Source: a virus. From it: a stretch of 37,813 nucleotides of DNA. The notes beneath the pieces were generated by a model. It was not told the origin of the DNA. It searched no databases and saw nothing but the letters and a program-made list of their open reading frames with translations. The position numbers and the translations under genes were made by a program. Below, in pieces: positions 5,606 to 15,173 of this stretch (positions within the stretch are counted from its first letter, which is position 1; each line of letters starts with the position of its first letter). The stretch covers positions 1-37,813 of the IMG/VR virus record IMGVR_UViG_3300017814_000003. The stretch is one strand, 5' to 3'.

Positions 5606-7432
5606 CTATGCTGTTCTCCTCCAGATGTTCACCGCCCTGTATGGCGGCATATTTTTATTTGTTCCATCTTCGCCTTTCGTGTTAGTAGTTGCATATCCAT
5701 ATCTATGATATGAACCTGCAGCAAAATTTTGAGTTTCTACAGCATCAACGCTTGACGTTCCCATAAAGGACCCACCATTTCCGGGTGAATGATTATGGCT
5801 TACCAACACTGCGTCTTTACTGCCGCCTTGACCTCCAACAGTGTACAGCCCTCCTGCTCCGACTAACATACGGTCCTCGACTTTTTCCCACGTCCCGAAT
5901 CCCCAATACGTAGCTGCATCGACTGTTGATTCTGTGATCCACAGTTCATCGACCCCGGGAACTCCTTTGAGTAGAGTTTGTAAAACACTATTAAGCGTCA
6001 CCCCCCCCCCACTGGAATTTCCTGTCAGCGCATTGAACAATGCTATAGTTTCATCTGTCAGCAATCCGGTTACCGAGCCTGAGAACTCTGTGTCGAGAGC
6101 GCATTCGAACGTGTTGCTTTTCTCTGAGGATTTACCGAATGCTATCCCAGTTTTATCATTCTTGAAATCCAGCAGGCTGAATGTGCTGCCTACTCCGATC
6201 TCCCCTGTTGAACTTTCGAAGTTATCCGCGACCGTCAGCTCCGCTACATATGAGGTATTCACGTTCGCAGCGAATATGTATGGAGAGGCTGTTACAGTGA
6301 CCGGATCTCCGTATGTTCCGTCCGCTGTTTTTGTCCGTACAGACATGGCAGCGGTGTTATGGCTGTTCAGAGAGCTGATCTGATGCGCCCACGACAGTTT
6401 CGCATATGCTCCTGAACTGTTCGCCGTTCCGTCCTGATCACATCGTTCTAAATTTACATCGGAGATCTGTGGAGTGATATATTCTAATACGGTTACAGTC
6501 CTGGTATCTGCAGCTTTCTGCCCACGGCTGTCGGTGACTTCTGATTTAAGAGTCCGGCTTCCTGCTATCGTAGGATCAAAGGCTGCAGACAGTCCTGACA
6601 GTACAGATGTGCCGAGCTGTATGCTTCCGTTTGATATGCTTGATCCGTATATTCCGGCAGCAGTAATAGCTACAGATATGCGGGATTTATTCTGCACATA
6701 TGCGTCATATGTACTGTAGTATCCATTAACATCATTCACCGCTACATTGCCGATCGATGGAACGACCGTTGTTGGTATCTGTGTGTAAAAACTGCATGTC
6801 TTTGTTCCGATCAGCGATGAGCCGCTGTATGTCTTGCATGTCAATGTTCCAGATCCGGTCATTGCGTTCGGAGTTGCTGCAGCAAATGCGTCGAGCGGCG
6901 GGGTCCATGATGTAGATGAACCGAGGCCTGAACCTATCGTTCCAGACAGACCGTTATAACTGTACGTCAACGTATGCGTGAATCCTGATGATGCTCTCGG
7001 CATATTTATTGTCATAGCCGCGCCGAGAGCGCATCTGTTCGATGATGATGAACCTGCGCCTGACACTGCAGGGGTCGTTGCCCGTGGAATAGTATCCAAT
7101 GTCAGTGATCCAGAATCCGTGACTGTTCCGGAAGATGTTCCTGTCGGCCATGAGGCTGCGAAGGATATCTTTTTCGTGCCGTCAGCGTTATGCGGAATTT
7201 TGATGTCTGCTTTTGTAAAAATCACTTCGCTGCCCGAGGACACACGATCATGGTTTACATCAACGGCTTTAGTGTACCTGTTTCCATTTACGTTCACGGT
7301 CAGCGTTGGGTTGTTCGCATTATACGAACCGTAGCTATAGTGCGCAGTTACTTTAGCATCAACCAAGGAATAGTTACCGCTTATCGACTGTACATCTTGC
7401 TGTTTAACCGTTAAACTTATCGATACCGCCAC
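5606..7432 (-). CDS. Tail fibre / receptor-binding protein (DUF859-like N-terminal part, C-terminal phage tail-collar-like domain)
   Basis: GTG start abuts the upstream stop. The protein is Ser/Thr/Gly-rich. The C-terminus GGQGGSKDAVLVSHNHS...NMPPYRAVNIWRRT resembles the tail-collar domain. Confidence 0.7.
   Translation of the reverse strand: MAVSISLTVKQQDVQSISGNYSLVDAKVTAHYSYGSYNANNPTLTVNVNGNRYTKAVDVNHDRVSSGSEVIFTKADIKIPHNADGTKKISFAASWPTGTSSGTVTDSGSLTLDTIPRATTPAVSGAGSSSSNRCALGAAMTINMPRASSGFTHTLTYSYNGLSGTIGSGLGSSTSWTPPLDAFAAATPNAMTGSGTLTCKTYSGSSLIGTKTCSFYTQIPTTVVPSIGNVAVNDVNGYYSTYDAYVQNKSRISVAITAAGIYGSSISNGSIQLGTSVLSGLSAAFDPTIAGSRTLKSEVTDSRGQKAADTRTVTVLEYITPQISDVNLERCDQDGTANSSGAYAKLSWAHQISSLNSHNTAAMSVRTKTADGTYGDPVTVTASPYIFAANVNTSYVAELTVADNFESSTGEIGVGSTFSLLDFKNDKTGIAFGKSSEKSNTFECALDTEFSGSVTGLLTDETIALFNALTGNSSGGGVTLNSVLQTLLKGVPGVDELWITESTVDAATYWGFGTWEKVEDRMLVGAGGLYTVGGQGGSKDAVLVSHNHSPGNGGSFMGTSSVDAVETQNFAAGSYHRYGYATTNTKGEDGTNKNMPPYRAVNIWRRTA
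6001..6010 (-). repeat. Homopolymer C10 (G10 on the coding strand) inside the fibre gene
   Basis: Read directly from the sequence. It encodes S-GGG-V, between the body of the protein and the collar-like domain. Confidence 0.95.
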
Positions 7433-8158
7433 TTAACTCACCGCCTTCCCGAATGACAGGTTTCCGTTGCTTCTTGGTGTCCATGCGAATCCGTTAACTT
7501 CCAGCGACTTCATGAATACGCCTGATTCGATGACCAGTTTTTTGCCCTCAATATAGGCAACTTCTGTTCCGCCCTGTCTGAACGATATCCTGTTGCCCGT
7601 CAGTTTCAGTGACGACCCGTTCGCATCATCAACAGCTATGTTGATTCCTGTAGAATCCATAGTGATGCGGTTCTCAAGGTTATCCCATTTACCTGAATTT
7701 GTATCAGATACATCGTTGATGTTCTGCAGCAGATCCGCATACTGGCTGTCGGACTTATCAGACGCCTGACCTGCCGCTGCTGCTGCGTCCGCTGCAGCTT
7801 GTGCCGCTGCTGCTATGTCAGCAGCAGTCTGAAGTGCTGCAGCGTCTGTCTCATCCTTCGTATAGTAGTTATCTGCAAGGTGAGCATTCGTATCATCCAC
7901 CGCTATTTTTGTTTCCTCGATTGCTGTTTTGTAGTTCGTGGCCAGTTCCCAGTCAGCAGCATCATACGTTTGATCTTTTGTTTTCGCTGTGATGCATTTG
8001 AGCAGATCACCGGATCCCTGTGTATCACCGGTCGTGGTGCCCTGCGCCCAGAGATCTCCGACATCATATGGCGGTACCGGTTCAGCTGATCCGGTAAATG
8101 TCCTCCTGACATCTGTCAGATCCACCACAGATATCTGATCTTTTGCTTTTATGGTCAT
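7433..8158 (-). CDS. Tail / baseplate fibre protein with an Ala-rich coiled segment
   Basis: Lies between Tal and the fibre gene. Contains an AAAAQAAADAAAAAG linker and a beta-rich C-terminus. Confidence 0.55.
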   Translation of the reverse strand: MTIKAKDQISVVDLTDVRRTFTGSAEPVPPYDVGDLWAQGTTTGDTQGSGDLLKCITAKTKDQTYDAADWELATNYKTAIEETKIAVDDTNAHLADNYYTKDETDAAALQTAADIAAAAQAAADAAAAAGQASDKSDSQYADLLQNINDVSDTNSGKWDNLENRITMDSTGINIAVDDANGSSLKLTGNRISFRQGGTEVAYIEGKKLVIESGVFMKSLEVNGFAWTPRSNGNLSFGKAVS

Positions 8159-8160
8159 AT

Positions 8161-9756
8161 CTATCCCTCCAATGCTGCTGTATAGTCCGCTTTACTGTCG
8201 ATGTCAGCTGCATGTACAGTCAGCGTTATGCCTGTACCCAGTGCTGTATCTGAACCGTTTTTATACCAGTTTATAATCCCTAGTTCCGCGATCTGCGCAG
8301 CGGTCAGCTCCACACCCGCTCTGAAGACATGGGCCGTTAGAGTAGTGGCTATCGTAGTGTTTCGGAATATCGTTCCTGCTGATGCCGTGATGCTCAGCGT
8401 TATCGCGTCCGCGCCAGTGACTTTCAGCCAGGTGAATTTACTCGGATCCGATATATCGACATCTTCTACCGTCTGGTTCGCCGCTGTTCCTATGTATTCC
8501 TTCCCGGCGGGATCTAAACTGATCCCACTTCCTGTCGCATCGTCTGCGTATGCTATCCAGGTGTAGTAGACTCTGTTCTTTGATATCGATGCCCACTGTT
8601 CGGCCAGAGCTTCGACCTGAGCCGATATCCCGGATGTCTTGAGCAGATGCTCGCCAAGAGTAGCCTTGACCGTCTGCTGTGTTACAGACGTTTCCAGCTT
8701 CAGGATCCTCGAGGACAGATACAGCTCCCCTGTATCATCGATCACGTTGACCCTGTCGCCGACCCTGACGTTCTCCGGAAGCTGTGGGATCTCTATCTCG
8801 TAGTTGACCTCTGCGTGATCGACTTTCTTCAGTTCGGCAACGGCCTGCCCTACCAGCACCGCCTTGTCCGGCGTATCATAAGTGAACGACTTAACGATCT
8901 GGCCGTACAGTGAATCTGATACCGGAGTGTTGAAAGTCTTGTTTACAAGTCTGGTCCACTCTGCCTGCCCCGATTTCGATATCACATATCCGCTTGTTTT
9001 ATCAACATAGTAGTCGCCGTCATCGTAAGCGTATCCCTTAAGGTTTATCGGCGTGTCCTTGCCCTTCGGAGTTCCACCGGTCACCGAAAAAGCTGTTGCA
9101 AGGTTCTCGATACTTTTTTTGGTGTCTATGCTGTCGAGTTCCAGGTCGAGCCGCAGCTGCGTTCCGTATGTCTGGTCGCCACGTTTCTTAAGGATATTTA
9201 TGTATTTATGCGCGACCTTCATACCCTCGACAAGGTAGGAGTAGGACAGTTCGCATCCGAAGCTGCCGGCTATGCTCTGCAGCCTTTCTGCGATCGTTGT
9301 CTCGCCGTCCCATGACAGCTTCTTTGTCACGGACGTAGAAAGCTCATCGACGCCTATCTCATAGCCGGAGTCCCCGATGTATTTATCGATATAATACTGA
9401 GCGATGTACGCTGCTCCTGCTTCATATGCAGGGGCCACATCGTTGATGAAGTCGAGTCCTGCATCCTCGCAGTAGATATCTATACTCCTGTCCTTTGTAC
9501 TTATGTCCTCAGTCACTATCGTATACAGGATAGCGTTCCCGTCTTCGTCAGGTTTCAGTACATAGTTGCCGACATCCATCAGTTCCTCAAGATCTGTCTG
9601 CTCGCCTTCTTTCCATGCGACCTTCAGGTCGAGCGTGCTTATTCCGGTATCCACGTCTTCCGTAGTAGTGTCGTCCTTTATGACATATGTCTGCTGCAGA
9701 TTAGTGGATGCAAGCCCGAGTATATGGAGTTTTCGATCGGCAAAATAGACGATCAT
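8161..9756 (-). CDS. Tail-associated protein Tal (phage minor structural protein N-terminal region / prophage tail endopeptidase family)
   Basis: ATGA overlap with Dit. The N-terminus MIVYFADRKLHILGLAS...DLKV is typical of siphophage Tal. Position follows Dit. Confidence 0.75.
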   Translation of the reverse strand: MIVYFADRKLHILGLASTNLQQTYVIKDDTTTEDVDTGISTLDLKVAWKEGEQTDLEELMDVGNYVLKPDEDGNAILYTIVTEDISTKDRSIDIYCEDAGLDFINDVAPAYEAGAAYIAQYYIDKYIGDSGYEIGVDELSTSVTKKLSWDGETTIAERLQSIAGSFGCELSYSYLVEGMKVAHKYINILKKRGDQTYGTQLRLDLELDSIDTKKSIENLATAFSVTGGTPKGKDTPINLKGYAYDDGDYYVDKTSGYVISKSGQAEWTRLVNKTFNTPVSDSLYGQIVKSFTYDTPDKAVLVGQAVAELKKVDHAEVNYEIEIPQLPENVRVGDRVNVIDDTGELYLSSRILKLETSVTQQTVKATLGEHLLKTSGISAQVEALAEQWASISKNRVYYTWIAYADDATGSGISLDPAGKEYIGTAANQTVEDVDISDPSKFTWLKVTGADAITLSITASAGTIFRNTTIATTLTAHVFRAGVELTAAQIAELGIINWYKNGSDTALGTGITLTVHAADIDSKADYTAALEG

Positions 9757-11831
9757 ATGAATACCTCTCTGTATTTAATGGATACGGTAGGCTTGCCGGT
9801 CGCCCAGCTGCTCCACGTGGCCATGATGTTGTTCGAGCCTTTGGTCAGTGCAAAAGTCTCCCAGTCGTTCCCGAGAGCCCCGAGGGATGGTACCTCTTCG
9901 CTGTTCAGTGTGATCGATCCGTCCCTGCAGTCGGCTATCATCTCATCGCCGATACTGAATGTGTTCTTTATGTCTGCATCTATCTCAGGAGTCCGGTTGA
10001 AGAACCTCGCGTTCTGGATGCCGTTATACGCTACTGCGTTATGCCCTGAGCGAGCTCCGAATGTGATGTATATCTCATTTACATACGTATCCGCGATGGC
10101 TGCATCCCTGTATGTATGTTTCACTCCGCCGATATTAAAGGTTATGGTCTGGCCGTTCTTCACTATAGTGGACACCCTCACAGGCTTGCTCCAGCTGTTA
10201 TAAACCCACTTGTACTTCTTCTTTCCGCTTTTATGCTTCTCCTTCCACTTCTTGGTTTCGCCTTTTTTATCTCGCACTTTTTTGTTCAACTTGTGCGAAA
10301 AACCGAAGCGGTTGTTGTACTGCTGCACGTTCACCGCAGTATTGATCCCGGATATATACACCCCATTCACGTAGTGACATATGGTCGCGTTTGCTCCGTC
10401 AGCTCCTTTGCTTATCAATATGCCGGCTACTATCTTTCTGGTACCGTTCGTGTTATTGACGAGCACGACATCGAAGCGCCCCTGCTGCTTGTTGTTTGTT
10501 ATAGCGAACAGCTGCTCCCAGGTGAAGGTGAAATTCTTGGCTCCTGCGTTACCTGCAGAATCGTTCGGCAGCGCGCATCTTAGCGTCGGGCCGTACCAGG
10601 ATCCTGACGCGACCTTCGTCTGTCCAGAGTTCCTGTAGGTTTTCGGTCTGTAGAACTGAACGGATCCCGGCTTCTTCTTTTTACGCCCATCGGATTTGTT
10701 TGCATACTTCCATGTGACGTAGCCCATGGATCCCAGAGCGTAGGACGTCCCGTGGTGAAGCAGGGAAGACCCTGCCCAGTACGACGTTCCTTTTTTGGCA
10801 TTCCAGTCCGTATATCTCTGCGTAGTCCCGCTCACAGCGGTCTCGATATCGTCCTCATCCGGATTCCCTACCTGTATGATCTGCTTATCGTCGTCGATGA
10901 ACGCCACATACCCGCAGGCATCGTCTTTTATATTCCCGTTAGCGTCTTCCGTTCCTTCCGGGAACTCCGCCATCAATTCGGGGAACGACGGTGCCGTTCC
11001 GTTATAGTCGATCACGAACTGAGCGATATTTTCCGCAGTCAAATCTGCGGAGGTATGGTATTCCCAGCCATCCAACTCGATATCATCTGCGATCATGTTT
11101 GCCATCAGATATACGGTGTTCGTTGCTGTATCCAGCACGTAGTCCGTACCGAACGTGAACTGGGCTGCGTCTTCTCCTGTGACTTCCACTTTTCCGTCAG
11201 AGACAGCGTGAGACAATACCTGCCCTACTGCAAAAGCCGCGTATGCCCCCGAGGGGGTCTCCACGAGTTCCGTAGTGCTGTCGCTGTCTGTATCGCTGGA
11301 TCCTTCCTTGAAATTTTCTGTCAGGAAGTCGTCCTTCCAGGTGAATACACCGCCTGCTCCGGTAGGGGTCGCCGTATATTCTTCGACGCTGTATTTGAAC
11401 GGGTCGTTACAGGTAAACTCCAGACTTCCGGTCACCGCGTTGCTTCCAGGATCTGGAGTTGACACATCACTGCATGTGCCGATGAAGAATTTGTCCGGTT
11501 CATCATTGAGTATGAGCTCAGACTCATCCAGCGCCAGAAGGCTCGCAAGAAGGTTATATGCGTCCCTGTAAGCCGCATTGCTCGCAGCTATCAGCTGATA
11601 TGTCACCTTGATCTTACGATCTGGATATCTTGTCGACTGCAGCGTGGATCCGTCCCGTACCCCTGTGTTGAACGAGGTCAGCTCCTTTGCCAGGGCTTCC
11701 CTCCCGGATACAGATAGTGTCCTGTATCCGGGTATAAGATTCTCAAGGAACTCACCATTGATCTGCAGCGCTTCGGCAGGAAGTCCTGCAGCAGCAGCCG
11801 GATCATTTATATCTATAAAGTCATAACTCAT
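9753..11831 (-). CDS. Distal tail protein Dit (long, 'evolved' type with insertions)
   Basis: ATGA overlap with the tape measure gene. The N-terminal 120 aa resemble Sipho_tail (LSVSGRE...KIKVTYQL). At 692 aa it must carry extra domains. Confidence 0.75.
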   Translation of the reverse strand: MSYDFIDINDPAAAAGLPAEALQINGEFLENLIPGYRTLSVSGREALAKELTSFNTGVRDGSTLQSTRYPDRKIKVTYQLIAASNAAYRDAYNLLASLLALDESELILNDEPDKFFIGTCSDVSTPDPGSNAVTGSLEFTCNDPFKYSVEEYTATPTGAGGVFTWKDDFLTENFKEGSSDTDSDSTTELVETPSGAYAAFAVGQVLSHAVSDGKVEVTGEDAAQFTFGTDYVLDTATNTVYLMANMIADDIELDGWEYHTSADLTAENIAQFVIDYNGTAPSFPELMAEFPEGTEDANGNIKDDACGYVAFIDDDKQIIQVGNPDEDDIETAVSGTTQRYTDWNAKKGTSYWAGSSLLHHGTSYALGSMGYVTWKYANKSDGRKKKKPGSVQFYRPKTYRNSGQTKVASGSWYGPTLRCALPNDSAGNAGAKNFTFTWEQLFAITNNKQQGRFDVVLVNNTNGTRKIVAGILISKGADGANATICHYVNGVYISGINTAVNVQQYNNRFGFSHKLNKKVRDKKGETKKWKEKHKSGKKKYKWVYNSWSKPVRVSTIVKNGQTITFNIGGVKHTYRDAAIADTYVNEIYITFGARSGHNAVAYNGIQNARFFNRTPEIDADIKNTFSIGDEMIADCRDGSITLNSEEVPSLGALGNDWETFALTKGSNNIMATWSSWATGKPTVSIKYREVFI

Positions 11832-14380
11832 CGTATGCCCTTCTTTCTGTTCGCTCTTGTCTGCCTTTTGTTGAGCTCCGCCTCCGTATACGGCGCGATG
11901 ACTCTTCCGGCTTCCTTGCCGTCTATATTCAGTGGTACCTCGATCGTGTATTTTGCTGAGTTGAAATATTCATAGTCGCCCGAAAGCTCTGAGCCGAAGT
12001 TTCCGGCATATGCAAGCTGCGGCTGTGCGAACGACGCAGCATCCACCAGTCTGATACCTGCCGTTTTCACGGCTCCGACCATATCCAGAAGACCCAGCGC
12101 GAGTCCGCCTCCCCAGAAGTGTCCTTCACGTTTCGCTATCCTGGAAGGAGAGCCGATCTTTGCCTTTGCTCTTACCGCCTTGTCGGCAGCATCGGCCAGC
12201 TTGTCAGCTGCTGACTCTACCGTGGACAGTTCAGACCTCATACCGAGAGCGAAGCCCTTGCTTATGTAGGACCCTGCGCTGTGCGCTCTTGAGTATCCTG
12301 CGCGAAGCTTCGATACGGTACTGTTTACCTCTGTAGATGCTATCCCGGGTGCCTTGCTCAGACCGCCTTTCAGCCCTGTACTGAATCCAGTGCCAGCACG
12401 TGTACCGGCAGATCTTGCCTTTGCTGCCGCGTTGTTGAAGCTCGATATGAGTCTGCTTAGTGCGGATCTTGCGACGCTTCCGAGCGCACTCAGTCCGGAG
12501 TTAACTATGCCGATCGAGGACCGCATCGATTTCAGAGAACCTTCCGCCCTTTTGGCGTTGCCGGCGATCGACTTCATGGTCGTATTCACCAGTTTGAGAG
12601 ATGCTGCCATGAGCAGCGTCCCTGCTGCGCCTATGATCATCGCCATGCCGAACATCAGCATGCCGGCCATCGCGACTATAGCCCCTCCGCCGAGCACGAG
12701 CAGTCCTGCACCGAGCACGAAGCAAGCCCCGAATGCGACCAGCGCCATCGCTGAGAATATCAGCATCGCTCCTCCGATGGCCAGCATCGAAGCTGCGCAC
12801 AGCATCCCGTATTGGGCTACCGTGGGCATTGCTGCAGCTATCATCTGGAACGCCGTAGCGCATATCAGACCTGCCACTGCGCACAGCAGCAGTCCTGCCC
12901 CAAAGAGTATCAGACCGACCGCGCCGACTATCAGCGCCGGTCCCATCAGCGAGACCACCATGATCAGCGCTGCTATCGCCACTGTCATGATCAGCAGACA
13001 GGCTATCCCGGCTCCGCCGGATGCCGCCAGCATGGTGGCAGCGGACGCCATGACGTACATGGCCGCTGCGCATATGAGCAGTCCTGCGCCGAATATCGCG
13101 AACCCTACTGCCGAAGCAATGAACTGCGGTCCCAACGTCGATACTGCTTTGGTCAGGACTATTATAGCCGCTACCATTCCCAGCATCACCAGCGCTGCTG
13201 CAGGACCCGCTGCTGCGACCTTGATGGCCGCGTTGGCCAGCAGATAGAAGCCTGCGCATACGAGAGCTACTCCTGCCCCCAGTGCCATGAATGCTACTCC
13301 TGCAGCCATTATGTCCTTTGCAGACGTCTTGGACGCTGTTCCTACTGCAGCCTCTCCTCCGGCCGTTGCCGTCAGGTTTGGTATCAGCCTGCCGAGCAGC
13401 TTCGGACTTGCCAGCGACTTAATGTTGCCAACAAATGTTCCGAATGTCCCCGACACACTATTTACTATCTTCATTCCGCCAAGGGCTACTACGAATATAC
13501 CCAGAGCTTTTGCCCCTTTTCGTATGCCGTCAGCATGATCCGTTATCCAGGATCCGATCTTCTGTGTATTAAGTTTTCCGGAGGCGTCGGTTATCTTGCT
13601 GATATCAGATATCATGATCTGCGATACAGCGTTGAATATGGGCAGCAATTTGTTGCCCATAGTCTCCTTCAGGCCGTCCATGGCCTGGCCGACTGTCTTA
13701 TATTGCCGGGCCTGTTTGGCCCAGGCATCGGATGTACCGACCCTGGTGATGGCCTTGAAAAAATCATCCGTCTTTACTTTGCCCGCCTGCACATCCTGTA
13801 TCAGCTGGCTGGATGTCTTGCCCATGGCTTTCGCGACCCCGGATATACCTGCAGGAGTCTGTTCCAGCATGAGCTTGAAGTCCATCCACTGGACCGTAGG
13901 CTTGGCCGCCATCTGTGTTGCCTGCTGACTCAGTGTCTTCATGGCCTGCTGCGGATTTTCCGCGGCGGATGCAAGTCCGCCGAAGCCCATGACGAGCTTG
14001 TCGGTGTTCTTTGTGCCGACCGCTGCAAGCTGCGCATATGTGGATGCCATGTCAGATGAACTGTATATGGTCTGCTGGGCGAAGGTCTGCAGCTCTTTCT
14101 TTACCTTCGGGATCTGGCTTGCCTTGCCGAAGTTCTTCATATTTCCTTCGAAGGTCTGCCATGCCGCTGAGGATGAGGACATTTCGCTTATCATGCCCGT
14201 GAAGCCGCGCGTCACTGCGCTCACGGCAGCGTTGCCTATACCCATGAACACGCCGAAGCCGAGTCCGCTTTTAAGTTTTGATCCGAGCGTTTCCGTCGAG
14301 CCTGTGGCCCTCTTCATCGCAGCGGTGAATCCTTTATCCTCTGCGGACAGTTTCGCTATAACGACATAGCTTTCGGACAT
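11828..14380 (-). CDS. Tail tape measure protein
   Basis: 850 aa, located after the G/GT chaperones. Has a conserved TMP core (SSDMASTYAQLAAVG...) and a very long Ala/Gly/Leu/Ile-rich hydrophobic centre. Confidence 0.9.
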   Translation of the reverse strand: MSESYVVIAKLSAEDKGFTAAMKRATGSTETLGSKLKSGLGFGVFMGIGNAAVSAVTRGFTGMISEMSSSSAAWQTFEGNMKNFGKASQIPKVKKELQTFAQQTIYSSSDMASTYAQLAAVGTKNTDKLVMGFGGLASAAENPQQAMKTLSQQATQMAAKPTVQWMDFKLMLEQTPAGISGVAKAMGKTSSQLIQDVQAGKVKTDDFFKAITRVGTSDAWAKQARQYKTVGQAMDGLKETMGNKLLPIFNAVSQIMISDISKITDASGKLNTQKIGSWITDHADGIRKGAKALGIFVVALGGMKIVNSVSGTFGTFVGNIKSLASPKLLGRLIPNLTATAGGEAAVGTASKTSAKDIMAAGVAFMALGAGVALVCAGFYLLANAAIKVAAAGPAAALVMLGMVAAIIVLTKAVSTLGPQFIASAVGFAIFGAGLLICAAAMYVMASAATMLAASGGAGIACLLIMTVAIAALIMVVSLMGPALIVGAVGLILFGAGLLLCAVAGLICATAFQMIAAAMPTVAQYGMLCAASMLAIGGAMLIFSAMALVAFGACFVLGAGLLVLGGGAIVAMAGMLMFGMAMIIGAAGTLLMAASLKLVNTTMKSIAGNAKRAEGSLKSMRSSIGIVNSGLSALGSVARSALSRLISSFNNAAAKARSAGTRAGTGFSTGLKGGLSKAPGIASTEVNSTVSKLRAGYSRAHSAGSYISKGFALGMRSELSTVESAADKLADAADKAVRAKAKIGSPSRIAKREGHFWGGGLALGLLDMVGAVKTAGIRLVDAASFAQPQLAYAGNFGSELSGDYEYFNSAKYTIEVPLNIDGKEAGRVIAPYTEAELNKRQTRANRKKGIR

Positions 14381-14381
14381 G

Positions 14382-15109
14382 TCATTCTCCCTTCTGTTTT
14401 TTCAGCAGATCACCAAGCCCGCTGAATCGGCTTTTTTCCTCTTTGCCATCTACCTTATCAAGCTCGTTTTTGTAGTCGTAGAACTTCTTGAAAGTCCTGT
14501 ATACCGGCTTCTCGCTGTTCTTGCCGGATCTCTTTTTTGCCTGGACCATAAAGTTCAGGAACGCCTGCAGGTGATTCCTGTAATCCCTGTCTATCCACTT
14601 CAACTGCACCGCCTTCATAAGAAGGTTGTACTCAGGTATCGTCAACCTGTCGACTTCGTCGAAACTCTTGAAGTCAAGATACCTGAAGCAGTTCAGTGCT
14701 ACGCTTGTGTACGTCTCCTCGAAGTCAGGCTCTTCTTCTATTCTTCCACTTTCTTCGCTGCCGCTGCTTCCAACGCTGCGACCTCTCTCTTCGTAGCATT
14801 GGCTCTCTCTAAAAAACCCATGACGTTGTCAAACGCCGCATCGATGTCCGAGTCTTCATCATCGACCCAGGCTTCAAGCTCACTCATCGTGATGTGGGGG
14901 GTCTCCGTTTTGTTTGCCAGATATATTATGTCAAGCAGACCTTCGACGCTGCCGTCGATGAGCTGTCCTACCGCGTATCTCAATCCTACGTTGTTCTTTA
15001 CGTTAGGTGCGCCATCCACAGGCAGCTGCACGCGCTTATTTATCTCTCTTAAAAACCCAATCCCGAATTTAAGCGGATAAGCTATTCCCTTTATATCTAT
15101 TTCGTACAT
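14382..15109 (-). CDS. Tail assembly chaperone frameshift product (gpGT analogue), by a -1 shift at 14816..14810
   Basis: I translated the -1 frame by hand. It is open from the slippery heptamer through the G stop codon down to 14382. The downstream ORF has no ATG or RBS of its own. Confidence 0.7.
14738..15109 (-). CDS. Tail assembly chaperone (gpG analogue)
   Basis: Lies between the major tail and tape measure genes. RBS GGAGGA present. The C-terminus is acidic. Confidence 0.8.
   Translation of the reverse strand: MYEIDIKGIAYPLKFGIGFLREINKRVQLPVDGAPNVKNNVGLRYAVGQLIDGSVEGLLDIIYLANKTETPHITMSELEAWVDDEDSDIDAAFDNVMGFLERANATKREVAALEAAAAKKVEE
14810..14816 (-). promoter_or_regulatory. Slippery heptamer T-TTT-TTA for -1 programmed ribosomal frameshifting
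   Basis: The mRNA reads atg ggT TTT TTA gag in the G frame, which fits X XXY YYZ. Confidence 0.65.
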
Positions 15110-15173
15110 GTTTTTTCCTCCTGTTTAAATAAAAGAAACGGGACTTCCGCATTATGCGAAAGCCCCTTCTTCA

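Noticed and set aside
5606-8158. Whether a diversity-generating retroelement targets the fibre genes.
   Set aside because: No reverse transcriptase gene is present anywhere in the window. I found no template/variable repeat pair with adenine-specific mismatches near the fibre C-termini.
12354-14059. Several very long ORFs on the plus strand (12354..13247, 12812..14059) and in another minus-strand frame (12501..13259), all inside the tape measure gene.
   Set aside because: They lie entirely within the GC- and Ala/Gly-codon-rich hydrophobic core of the tape measure gene. They encode low-complexity Ser/Pro/Arg/His-rich strings, have no RBS, and are the expected stop-poor alternative frames of such a sequence.
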